A stretch of DNA of 64,000 nucleotides from Candidatus Woesearchaeota archaeon UBA153 (GTDB lineage Archaea > Nanobdellota > Nanobdellia > Woesearchaeales > UBA525): contig DASH01000042.1 in NCBI GenBank assembly GCA_002503705.1, positions 25,950 through 89,949 of the forward strand, read 5' to 3'. A model generated the notes under the pieces. That model was not told where the DNA came from. It did no database searches and was given only the letters and a program-made list of their open reading frames with translations. Positions 1-7,922 of the stretch are shown one piece after another. Numbering within the stretch: position 1 is the first letter of the stretch; each line of letters begins with the position of its first letter. A program made the position numbers and the translations under genes.

Positions 1-471
1 ATCAAGGCGGGCGAGCCAGTGCTGTTCGACTTCTTCGCGAAGAGCATGACGAGCGGGTACTGGTTCGACATGAGCCGCACGGTCGTCGTCGGCAAGCCGT
101 CGAATGAATACCGGCGGCTGTGGCGTGCGGTGAAAGAGGCGCAGGACGCCGCGTTGAGGAAAATTCGACCCGGCACGCGATGCGGCGCGCTCAACCAGGC
201 GATTGACGACGTCTTCAAGAAGCGCCGCTACGCGACGACGGACGAAGAAGGGTTTTTGCACAGCGCCGGCCACGGCCTCGGCCTGGAGATTCACGAAGCG
301 CCCACCGTCGGGAACGGGAGCAAGGACGTCCTGAAGGCGGGCATGGTCATCACGATCGAACCCGGCTTGTATTACAAAAAAATCGGAGGTGCACGGCTCG
401 AGAACACACTCTTCGTGACGAAGAACGGCTATAGGGACTTGACGCGATACCCGCGGAGGATGACGCCATGA
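1..471 (+). CDS. Xaa-Pro aminopeptidase (M24 family), 5'-partial
   Basis: M24 metal ligands: D-x10-D (FDFFAKSMTSGYWFDMSRT), HSAGHGLGLEIHE, TIEPGLY, RLEN; frame open from base 1. Confidence 0.9.
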   Translation: MKAGEPVLFDFFAKSMTSGYWFDMSRTVVVGKPSNEYRRLWRAVKEAQDAALRKIRPGTRCGALNQAIDDVFKKRRYATTDEEGFLHSAGHGLGLEIHEAPTVGNGSKDVLKAGMVITIEPGLYYKKIGGARLENTLFVTKNGYRDLTRYPRRMTP

Positions 472-827
472 ACCCGGAGACCATCGAGCTTCTTTGGGAG
501 ACGATCGAGCAGGAACAGGACCTCTTGACCATCGTCGAGGGGAAGAACGACAAGCGCGCGCTCGAACGCCTCGGCTTCCGCAACATCAGAACCCTCGACC
601 GTCCGCTCTACCGGATCATCGAGGAGATTGACGGCGACGAGGTCGCGATTCTCACCGACCTGGACTCGCACGGCCAAGGGCTGTACAAGTATTTCTACCA
701 TGAATGCGCGCGCCGCGGCATCAAGGTGAACAACCGCGTGCGGCAACTCCTGCACTTCACCGACCTGCGCCAGATCGAAGGGCTGGCGAACTACCTGGAA
801 CGGCTCACGCCGATACAGACGCAGTAG
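468..827 (+). CDS. Small Toprim-domain protein (RNase M5/primase-like)
   Basis: IVEGKND and LTDLDSHG Toprim motifs; ATGA overlap with the upstream gene. Confidence 0.85.
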   Translation: MNPETIELLWETIEQEQDLLTIVEGKNDKRALERLGFRNIRTLDRPLYRIIEEIDGDEVAILTDLDSHGQGLYKYFYHECARRGIKVNNRVRQLLHFTDLRQIEGLANYLERLTPIQTQ

Positions 828-896
828 TCATCGTCCACATTTCCCGCGGACATACGCTGCTCCAGAGCACGCTGTCGACCTTGCACGGCAGATTTC

Positions 897-3116
897 TCAG
901 AACGCCTTCTTCAGCTCCTCGAGGCGGCGCAGCGCCTCGTCGGCGGCGTAGCCGCCATTGCCGTACAATCGCGTCAGCTCGAGGAGCGCCAAGAATTTCG
1001 TGTTGCGCAAGAGGATGACGCGGACGGGGAAGGGGAGGCGCGCGTGCTTGATCGCGGTGACGAGCGCGTCGAACTCGAAACTCGCGGAGAGGCCGAACAT
1101 CGCCGCGTAGAGCGAGCGCAGCTTCCCTCGGGTCGCGTCGCGCAACGCCTCTTCCGGCACGCGTCCTCGCAACGAGCCGATCTCGTACTGCGCTTGCTTG
1201 ACGAGGTCGCCGTACTCTTCGTGACGGTGGACGCGGAAGTGCTTCGCGAACGAGTTCCACCCGAGGAGGAGCGAGTACGTGAGCGAGTCCTCATAGAAGA
1301 AGTGGATGGTCTTGCCGTGCGTGACGAGGAAGACGAGCCGCGACGCGTACACGGCGCGCGCCAAGTAGCCCGCGAAGAGCAAGACGAGGAGGAGCAGCGC
1401 GATGACGACCCCTTTGATGACGCCTGGCTTGTAGTCGCTCCACGCGCACGGCCTGCACGGTCCGTCGCAATCCACGAGCCGTTCCCCCTGGTTTTTCACG
1501 TTGTCGTTGCAGGTTGGGCATGCGTCGCAGGGTCCGCCGCAGTCTGTTTTCTCTTCTCCTTGGTTCTGTTCGCCGTCGTTGCAGGTTGGGCACGCGTCGC
1601 AGGGTCCGCCGCAGTCGACGCCGGTCTCTTTTCCGTTCTTCACGCCGTCCTCGCACGTCACGCCGACGCAGATGCCGCGGAGACACACGGCGCTCTCGCA
1701 CTCGCCGTTGTTCCGGCACCGCATCCCGTCGCCGCACGCCTCGCACACGCCGCCGCAATCGAGATCGCTCTCGTCCTGGTTCTTGACGCCGTCGTTGCAG
1801 GTTGGGCATGCGTCGCAGGGTCCGCCGCAGTCTGTTTTCTCTTCTCCTTGGTTCTGTTCGCCGTCGTTGCAGGTTGGGCACGCGTCGCAGGGTCCGCCGC
1901 AGTCGACGCCGGTCTCTTTTCCGTTCTTCACGCCGTCCTCGCACGTCGCGTCCGGCTCGCACGCCTGCATCGTCGCCGGCTTCTCCGTCTCGTTCGCGCA
2001 CGGAGTCAACGGTATGCAGACGCGTTCCTGATACCCGGGGAAGATGCACTCGCCCCAATCGGTGCAATCCCAACGCGGGACGCACGCTGGTTCGTCGCAC
2101 GCGCCGCAGTCCTTCGGGCAGGAAGCGCACTCTTCCGGCGCGATGCAGATCATGTCGCCGCAATAGTTGTTGCGGACGCCGACAACCGTCTCGTTCAGGA
2201 CCGTGTACTTGACGTTCCGGCTCGTGACGGTCGCGCCGCTCGAATCGGTCGCGGTGTACGCGTGATAGACGACGCCGGGCTCGCCCGCCTTCAGCGTGAA
2301 CAACTCTCCCTCGATGCTCGGCGTGACCGTTGCCCGAGTCATCTTCGTTTCCGGCCTCGGTCCCGTCTCCTCGAGCGTGAACGTCAAGACGCCACGGTCA
2401 GGGTCGAAGAAGTACAGGCTGAGGTTGAGCGTGAACGTCCCGCCGCGCGGCAGGGTGACGTCGATGAACTCCGTCACTTGGACTGGCGCCCGGTTGACAT
2501 TCGCGACGCTCACGTTCCACACGCGCACCGTCGTCAATCCTTCCCGGCTCGTCGCTCGCAGTTCGAGCGTGTGCAGGCCCCCCGCGTTGAAATCTGGATA
2601 ATACAGGTATGACTCGTTCTCCTTGGCGACGTCAACGCCGTCGAGGCGCCACGTGATTGTCGCGTTCTCTGTTTTCGCGGTGAAGAGGAACGGCCTCCCT
2701 TCTCGCGCGGTGACGACGCCGGGCGCGGGCGTCGTCGTCACAATCGGCGGGTGGCGGATCGCGTACTCCGCGACGCTCGTCGCGACGCACCCTCGCGGGG
2801 TGACCGCGTAGAAGAGGATTCTCGCGGTCGACGTCGTCGTTCCCGTCGGGGTGAACGTGAACGCTCCCGTCGTCTCGTCGAACGCGAAGCCCGGCACGCT
2901 GTCGCCGATGAACGTGGCGCCGAGCGTCGCGTCGCTCGTCGTCGTGAACGTGCCGTTCAGCGTGTGGTCGAGCCCGATAACGCTCGTCGCGGGTTCGAGC
3001 GCGATTTTCGGCGCGTCCGCCGGGCCGCAGTACGCGGTCGTCACGGTCGCGACGAGAAGTGTGACGAGGAGACTGAGAATCAGGACGTTGACACTCTTCC
3101 GCACGCGCACGCTCAC
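897..3116 (-). CDS. Membrane-anchored surface protein with Ig/cadherin-like domains and Cys-rich repeats
   Basis: N-terminal signal peptide, Thr-rich beta domains (NVNRAP, FFDPD), repeated CxDGxxNxxExxxDCGGxCxxC, one TM helix, C-terminal cytoplasmic domain. Confidence 0.8.
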   Translation of the reverse strand: MSVRVRKSVNVLILSLLVTLLVATVTTAYCGPADAPKIALEPATSVIGLDHTLNGTFTTTSDATLGATFIGDSVPGFAFDETTGAFTFTPTGTTTSTARILFYAVTPRGCVATSVAEYAIRHPPIVTTTPAPGVVTAREGRPFLFTAKTENATITWRLDGVDVAKENESYLYYPDFNAGGLHTLELRATSREGLTTVRVWNVSVANVNRAPVQVTEFIDVTLPRGGTFTLNLSLYFFDPDRGVLTFTLEETGPRPETKMTRATVTPSIEGELFTLKAGEPGVVYHAYTATDSSGATVTSRNVKYTVLNETVVGVRNNYCGDMICIAPEECASCPKDCGACDEPACVPRWDCTDWGECIFPGYQERVCIPLTPCANETEKPATMQACEPDATCEDGVKNGKETGVDCGGPCDACPTCNDGEQNQGEEKTDCGGPCDACPTCNDGVKNQDESDLDCGGVCEACGDGMRCRNNGECESAVCLRGICVGVTCEDGVKNGKETGVDCGGPCDACPTCNDGEQNQGEEKTDCGGPCDACPTCNDNVKNQGERLVDCDGPCRPCAWSDYKPGVIKGVVIALLLLVLLFAGYLARAVYASRLVFLVTHGKTIHFFYEDSLTYSLLLGWNSFAKHFRVHRHEEYGDLVKQAQYEIGSLRGRVPEEALRDATRGKLRSLYAAMFGLSASFEFDALVTAIKHARLPFPVRVILLRNTKFLALLELTRLYGNGGYAADEALRRLEELKKAF
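1503..1947. repeat. Intragenic perfect 157-bp direct duplication (1503-1659 = 1791-1947)
   Basis: Identical nucleotide blocks 288 bp apart within the Cys-repeat region. Confidence 0.9.
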
Positions 3117-3220
3117 CTCACTAGCCCTCTCTGGAGCAGTCGTTATAAAAATGTGACGAACGGCTCCTCATCGTCGCAGCATTTCGTTCCCGTTTTTGTC
3201 TGGACGCAGTCCAGTCCCGT

Positions 3221-3305
3221 GCTGGCGCGGCAAAAGTCATAGTTGTTCTCAGTCGTACGGACGTACTCGCGAGAACTTTAACGAGAAAAACCGGGCCGCG
3301 CCAGC
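3221..3305 (+). repeat. Palindromic intergenic element family R, copy 1
   Basis: GCTGGCGCGGC...GCCGCGCCAGC inverted ends; internal AAAAGTCATAGTT; flanking hairpins CTGGAC-GCA-GTCCAG and CCCGCC-GT-GGCGGG. Confidence 0.85.
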
Positions 3306-3372
3306 CGAAACCCGCCGTGGCGGGCGTTCATCGTGCAAAGCATCAGTCGCGACCATCTCACCGATGCTCTTC

Positions 3373-3587
3373 GGCTCTTAGGCAAATCGCTTTCGCGTGG
3401 TCGCCAGCAGTTCGCGTCATCGCTTGTTGGACGGCGAGGGCTGCGTTCCCGTGGTCACGGCGACGGAACGTCGCCGGGAAGTTGGGGATGGTTCCCTCCC
3501 CAACTGGAGCGACCCCTCGCAACGCCCTCGCTTGCGGCTCTGCTGACGCTCGCCTGACGCTGGCGACCATCCATTTGCCTAAGAGCC
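3373..3587. mobile_element. MITE-like non-autonomous element, 215 bp
   Basis: Perfect 15-bp TIRs GGCTCTTAGGCAAAT (3373-3387) / ATTTGCCTAAGAGCC (3573-3587), flanked by a 9-bp direct repeat ATGCTCTTC (3364-3372, 3588-3596); nested internal stems. Confidence 0.85.
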
Positions 3588-3634
3588 ATGCTCTTCGCAA
3601 CCTATTTAAACCGTGAAGGCGGTGGGGGAGACGC

Positions 3635-4438
3635 ATGGTCGGCTTCGTCTACCATTTACGGCGTTACTTCTTCCTCGCGAAGGAAGAGTGGCTCGGCGTC
3701 CTCATCACCGCGCTGTTCGCGGGCTTCGCGCTCAGCTTCCGCAACTGGGGCGGCGAGACGTTCGACCTCCTCCTCGGCTTGAAGAATTACGGCATCGAGG
3801 TCGTCGCGTTCTTCCTCCTCTTCCTCCTCCACCTCTCCGCGCAGAAGGCGGTCGGCGTCTACTACGGCATCAAAGTCGTGTATGATAAGTACTTGCTCGG
3901 CCTCATGATCGGGTTGTTCGTCACCTTCCTCAGCTTCGGCTATTGGCCGTTGTTCGTGACCGGGACTCTCGCCTTCACCGCAATCCCGAACCTGCGCGTC
4001 GGCAAGTTCCGCGCGACGCTGCCGAAGAAATGGGAGATCGCCCTCATCGCCGCCGCCGGGCCGTTGGCCTCGTTGCTCGCCATGGTGCCGTTGAACGCGT
4101 TGCACATCGGGACTGGCTTGCCGTTCTTCCACCACTTAATCGGCGTCTGCGCGCTCATCGCGATCTACTCGATGCTGCCCATTCCCGTCTTGCCGACGGC
4201 GAACCCGTACGCCGTCTACATGAGCAGGATTGAGGTGTTGGAAGGCAACCTGCCCGGGTTCGACGTCTTCTACCACTCCGCCGGCATCTACTGCTTGCTC
4301 GTCGGGTTCCTCATCGTCTTCTCCGCGATCGCGTGGTTCTTCAGCCCGAGCACGTGGGCGTTGCTCATCGCGATCATTCTCGGCTGGTGGGCGATGCACT
4401 TGTACGCGAAGACGATCGCGGAACACCGGAACTGGTAG
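3635..4438 (+). CDS. Polytopic membrane protein, degenerate M50 (site-2 protease)-like
   Basis: Several TM helices; IAAAGPLASL motif; HExxH position reads HLSAQ. Confidence 0.65.
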   Translation: MVGFVYHLRRYFFLAKEEWLGVLITALFAGFALSFRNWGGETFDLLLGLKNYGIEVVAFFLLFLLHLSAQKAVGVYYGIKVVYDKYLLGLMIGLFVTFLSFGYWPLFVTGTLAFTAIPNLRVGKFRATLPKKWEIALIAAAGPLASLLAMVPLNALHIGTGLPFFHHLIGVCALIAIYSMLPIPVLPTANPYAVYMSRIEVLEGNLPGFDVFYHSAGIYCLLVGFLIVFSAIAWFFSPSTWALLIAIILGWWAMHLYAKTIAEHRNW

Positions 4439-4561
4439 TGTTGTGTCTTGAACGCTCTGCATTGTCGCCGTGTTCCCGCCCTTCAGTCTCACTCGTCGAG
4501 CCTTTCCCACGACACGTCGAGCGGCCGGTGACCGCGCGAAAGCGAATTCTCACAAAGCCCT

Positions 4562-4837
4562 TCAGACCAGGCTGTAGAGTCCTTTGAGTATGAGGTAGAC
4601 GCCGAGTATCACGCTCAAGAAGGTGATGTTCCAGAGGAGGGTGAGACACAGGTACCCCGCGATCAAGACGTCGAACTTGGAGACTGGGTCGCTGAGGAAG
4701 AGGAGCCCTTTCATGCCGAGGAAGAGCGCGACGAAGAGGACGATTTTCTGGGGCGCGAGGTGGAGGTTCGCCGTGAGTAAGAGTAACGCCGCGGTGAGGT
4801 CGACGAGGCCGAGGAGTTTGACGAGGAGGCTCACCAT
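4562..4837 (-). CDS. Small hydrophobic membrane protein
   Basis: 91 aa, almost entirely hydrophobic, internal duplication (GxKGLxxL / ILKGLYSL). Confidence 0.7.
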   Translation of the reverse strand: MVSLLVKLLGLVDLTAALLLLTANLHLAPQKIVLFVALFLGMKGLLFLSDPVSKFDVLIAGYLCLTLLWNITFLSVILGVYLILKGLYSLV

Positions 4838-4883
4838 GCGCGGCAGTCGGACTTCTTATTTATTGGTTTGGCAAATATAATAT

Positions 4884-4897
4884 TTACCATATGGAAT
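4884..4897. promoter_or_regulatory. Palindromic operator-like motif TTWCYATATRGWAA (copy TTACCATATGGAAT)
   Basis: Related 14-mers at 28086, 32387, 44688, 53531 and 58325, all intergenic near TATA-like boxes. Confidence 0.6.
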
Positions 4898-5004
4898 TTA
4901 TTTCTTTTTCAGTTTCTCGTCGGTCACTCGTCGAAACATTTATAATTCCCTATCGTCGGAGAGTGGTCTAACGCGTGGGGTGTCACGCTTCGAGGTGGAT
5001 TGAC

Positions 5005-5229
5005 ATGGCAGAGAAGGTTGCGAAAGTCGGCGTGAAACGCCAACCGGGCTTCCTGTATTTCATCGACAAAGAAGGCGACGTCAGCCGAGCCCCCATGGCT
5101 CGCGGCGGCGTCAAACGCGGCAAGGCCGAGAAGGTCGCGAAGGCCGGCGTCCGGAAGGAGAAGGGCTACCTCTACTTCCTCGACAAGCAAGGCGACGTCT
5201 CGCGCGCCAAGATGGCCCGCGGCCGCTAA
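5005..5229 (+). CDS. Small basic protein, Cc1-like chromatin protein (tandem duplicated unit)
   Basis: 74 aa; two copies of KVAKxGVxxxxGxLYFxDKxGDVSRAxMARG; GAGGTG SD upstream. Confidence 0.7.
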   Translation: MAEKVAKVGVKRQPGFLYFIDKEGDVSRAPMARGGVKRGKAEKVAKAGVRKEKGYLYFLDKQGDVSRAKMARGR

Positions 5230-5462
5230 AGCTGCACGACAGTAAACGATTTTTGATTCTTCTTATTCTTCCTTCAATTATGTGACTCTCTCATGTGACT
5301 CTCTCATGGCTTGAGTCCGGGGAGGTTCATCGGCACGTACCGTTATAACCATCCTCTGAAAAGGACCAACGTTCAAGCAAAGAAATAAGCGCGTCCGACT
5401 GGGCGCGTTCCACTGGACATCCTCGGAAAACCATTATAAACGTCCCGACCCTCGCAGTACTT

Positions 5463-7673
5463 ATGCTTCGTCCGTCTGTCGAGCCGCGGTTGTACCAGGA
5501 GACGATCTTCGCCACGGCCTCTTTGAAGAACACGTTGGTCGTCTTGCCGACGGGGATGGGGAAGACGTTGATTGCCGAACTGCTCACCGTCCACCGTCTC
5601 GAACACTACACGGGCAGTAAAGTCCTCATCCTCGCGCCGACACGACCATTAGTGCAGCAGCACAAGACGACGTTCAGGAAAGACCTCGCGCTCTCGGAAG
5701 AGGAGGCGGTCATGTTCACGGGGAACGTCTCGCCGGCGAAGCGCGCCGCGTTGTGGAAGAACGCGAAGATCATCTTCAGCACGCCGCAAGGCCTGGAGAA
5801 CGACCTCGTCGGCAGCAAGATCTCGCTGAAAGACGTCTCCTTGCTCGTCTTCGACGAAGCCCACCGGGCGACTGGCGATTACAGTTACGTCTTCATCGCG
5901 GACAGATACAAGAAGGAAGCGACGCACGAGCGTATCCTCGCGCTCACCGCGAGTCCGGGGAGCGACAAGGAGAGCATCGAGCAGGTCTGCAAAGTTCTCC
6001 ACATCGAGGAGATCGAGTCGCGTTCCGCGGAAAGTTCGGACGTCAAGCCGTACATCCAGGACATCGACGTCGAGTACCTCACCGTGCCGATGCCGGCTGA
6101 GTTCAAGGGGGCGCACGCCGCGTTCCAACGCTGCCTGAAGCGAAGATTGGACGATGTCGTCGAGCTCGGCGTCGTCAATCGGCAAGCGCTGCACAACAAG
6201 ACGTTGCTGCTGAAAGCGCAAGCCGGCTTGTACGCGCGCAGCGCGAAGGGCGAGAAGAGCTACGAGGCCTTGAAGACGATGTCGCTGCTCGCGGAGGCGT
6301 TGAAGCTCCAGCATGGCATCGAACTGTTGGAGACGCAAGGCGTCGCTTCGCTCGAGAAGTACTTGGGCAAGCTGCGCGCGGAGGCGACGGCGAAGCAGAG
6401 CAAGGCGGTGCAGAACCTCGTCGCTGACGTCGACTTCAAGGCGGGCGCGGCGCTCGTCGCGTCCTTGAAGGAGGCGAACGTCGAGCACCCGAAGCTGAAG
6501 GCGTTGCAGAAGGCGGTGCTCAGAACGCTGTACGCCGACAAGAATGCCAAGATCATCATCTTCAACCAGTACCGTGACCAGGCGGTGCGCATCAAGCAAG
6601 CGTTGGATGAAATTAATGTCTCTGCGAACATCTTCGTCGGCCAATTGAAGAAAGGCGAGACCGGGATGACCCAGCTGGAGCAGCACCGCATCCTCGAATC
6701 GTTCCGCGCGGGCGAGTTCAGCTGCCTCATCGCGACGAGCGTCGCGGAAGAAGGCCTGGACATCCCGAAGGTGGACGTCGTCCTCTTCTACGAGCCGGTG
6801 CCGAGCGCCATCAGGACGGTGCAGCGTCGGGGACGCACTGGCCGTTTGGAGAAAGGCAAGATCATCATGCTCATCACGGAAGGGACGCGCGACGTCGCGC
6901 ACAAGTGGGCCGCGCACCACAAGGAGAAACGCATGTACCGGGTCTTGAGCGAGGTGAAAGGCACGCTCTCCGGCGAGGGCGAGGAAGTTGAGGCGCAGAC
7001 GACGTTAAACGAAAATAACGAGGAGAACGCCGACGTCATCATCGCCGACCATCGCGAGAAGACGAGCGGCGTCCTCAAGGAGCTCATCGACATGAACGTG
7101 AAGATCGACTTGCGGCAGTTGGACGTCGGCGACTACCGGCTGAGCGACCGCGTCGTCGTCGAGTACAAACGAGTCCCGGACTTCGTCAACAGCATCGTCG
7201 ACGGCCGGTTGCTGCAGCAGTTGCGCGGCCTGCGCAGCTACCCGCGACCGTTGATCATCATCGAGGGGGACGAGGACATCTACAGCGTGCGCAACGTGCA
7301 CCAGAACGCGATCCTCGGCATGCTCGCCGCGATCACCGTCAGCTACAACATCCCGGTCTTGTTCACAAAGACGCCGAAAGAGACTGCGTCGTTGCTCGCG
7401 CTCATCGCGCGGAAGGAGCGCGAGCGCGGGAGCGCGGAGCCGAGCGCGCACACGCAGAAGCCGCTCACCGAGACGGAGCGCCAGGAGTTCATCATTTCCA
7501 GTCTGCCCGGCGTCGGCCCGAGCCTCGCGAAAGCCTTGTTGAAGGAGTTCGGCAGCGTCAAGGGGGTCGTGGACGCGAGCCCGGAGTCGTTGCAGCGCGT
7601 CGACAAGGTCGGCGAGAAGAAAGCCAAAGCGATCCACGACGCGGTGCGCAAGAAGTACGAGCCGAACGCGTAG
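5463..7673 (+). CDS. hef: Hef helicase-nuclease (FANCM/XPF, ERCC4)
   Basis: PTGMGKT, DEAH, TAS, QRRGRTGR helicase motifs; GDY...VEYK ERCC4 nuclease; C-terminal HhH. Confidence 0.95.
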   Translation: MLRPSVEPRLYQETIFATASLKNTLVVLPTGMGKTLIAELLTVHRLEHYTGSKVLILAPTRPLVQQHKTTFRKDLALSEEEAVMFTGNVSPAKRAALWKNAKIIFSTPQGLENDLVGSKISLKDVSLLVFDEAHRATGDYSYVFIADRYKKEATHERILALTASPGSDKESIEQVCKVLHIEEIESRSAESSDVKPYIQDIDVEYLTVPMPAEFKGAHAAFQRCLKRRLDDVVELGVVNRQALHNKTLLLKAQAGLYARSAKGEKSYEALKTMSLLAEALKLQHGIELLETQGVASLEKYLGKLRAEATAKQSKAVQNLVADVDFKAGAALVASLKEANVEHPKLKALQKAVLRTLYADKNAKIIIFNQYRDQAVRIKQALDEINVSANIFVGQLKKGETGMTQLEQHRILESFRAGEFSCLIATSVAEEGLDIPKVDVVLFYEPVPSAIRTVQRRGRTGRLEKGKIIMLITEGTRDVAHKWAAHHKEKRMYRVLSEVKGTLSGEGEEVEAQTTLNENNEENADVIIADHREKTSGVLKELIDMNVKIDLRQLDVGDYRLSDRVVVEYKRVPDFVNSIVDGRLLQQLRGLRSYPRPLIIIEGDEDIYSVRNVHQNAILGMLAAITVSYNIPVLFTKTPKETASLLALIARKERERGSAEPSAHTQKPLTETERQEFIISSLPGVGPSLAKALLKEFGSVKGVVDASPESLQRVDKVGEKKAKAIHDAVRKKYEPNA

Positions 7674-7737
7674 GGTTGCGCGTTGATGTTTGCTCGTCGT
7701 CAGACGAACGCGAGGCCGCTGCGTCAGCGGGTACGTC

Positions 7738-7822
7738 GCTGGCGCGGCAAAAGTTGTTGTCGTCGTGCGAAAACGTCGAGTACGGAGACGCGCGAAAACG
7801 AGTACTTCCGTGCCGCGCCAGC
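7738..7822 (+). repeat. Palindromic element family R, copy 2
   Basis: GCTGGCGCGGCAAAAGT...TCCGTGCCGCGCCAGC; 85 bp, same length as copy 1. Confidence 0.85.
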
Positions 7823-7922
7823 ACGTTCGAGCACTGCTCGACTGGGCAATTGCGGAATCGACTGGACGGCGTCCAGCAGTATCGGCACAACACATAAAAG
7901 CTCTTCGGGGGTTCCTGGGAGG

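Noticed and set aside
1503-1947. Duplicated block as a DGR template/variable repeat pair
   Set aside because: The copies are identical with no adenine-specific mismatches, and both are in-frame protein repeats
3480-3560. Resemblance to a ZTP (pfl) riboswitch (GGAGCGACCC...CGCCTG)
   Set aside because: The 5' GACUGGCG and 3' CGCCUGGGC elements are incomplete; better explained as the interior of the MITE
5281-5306. 13-bp tandem duplication TGTGACTCTCTCA x2
   Set aside because: Only two copies; probably slippage, like the short duplications at 17040-17061, 20726-20752 and 42326-42358
7683-7922. N-terminal extension of the primase in the ORF track
   Set aside because: Spans a family R element and has an Arg/Ser-rich non-protein-like composition; start placed at 7923
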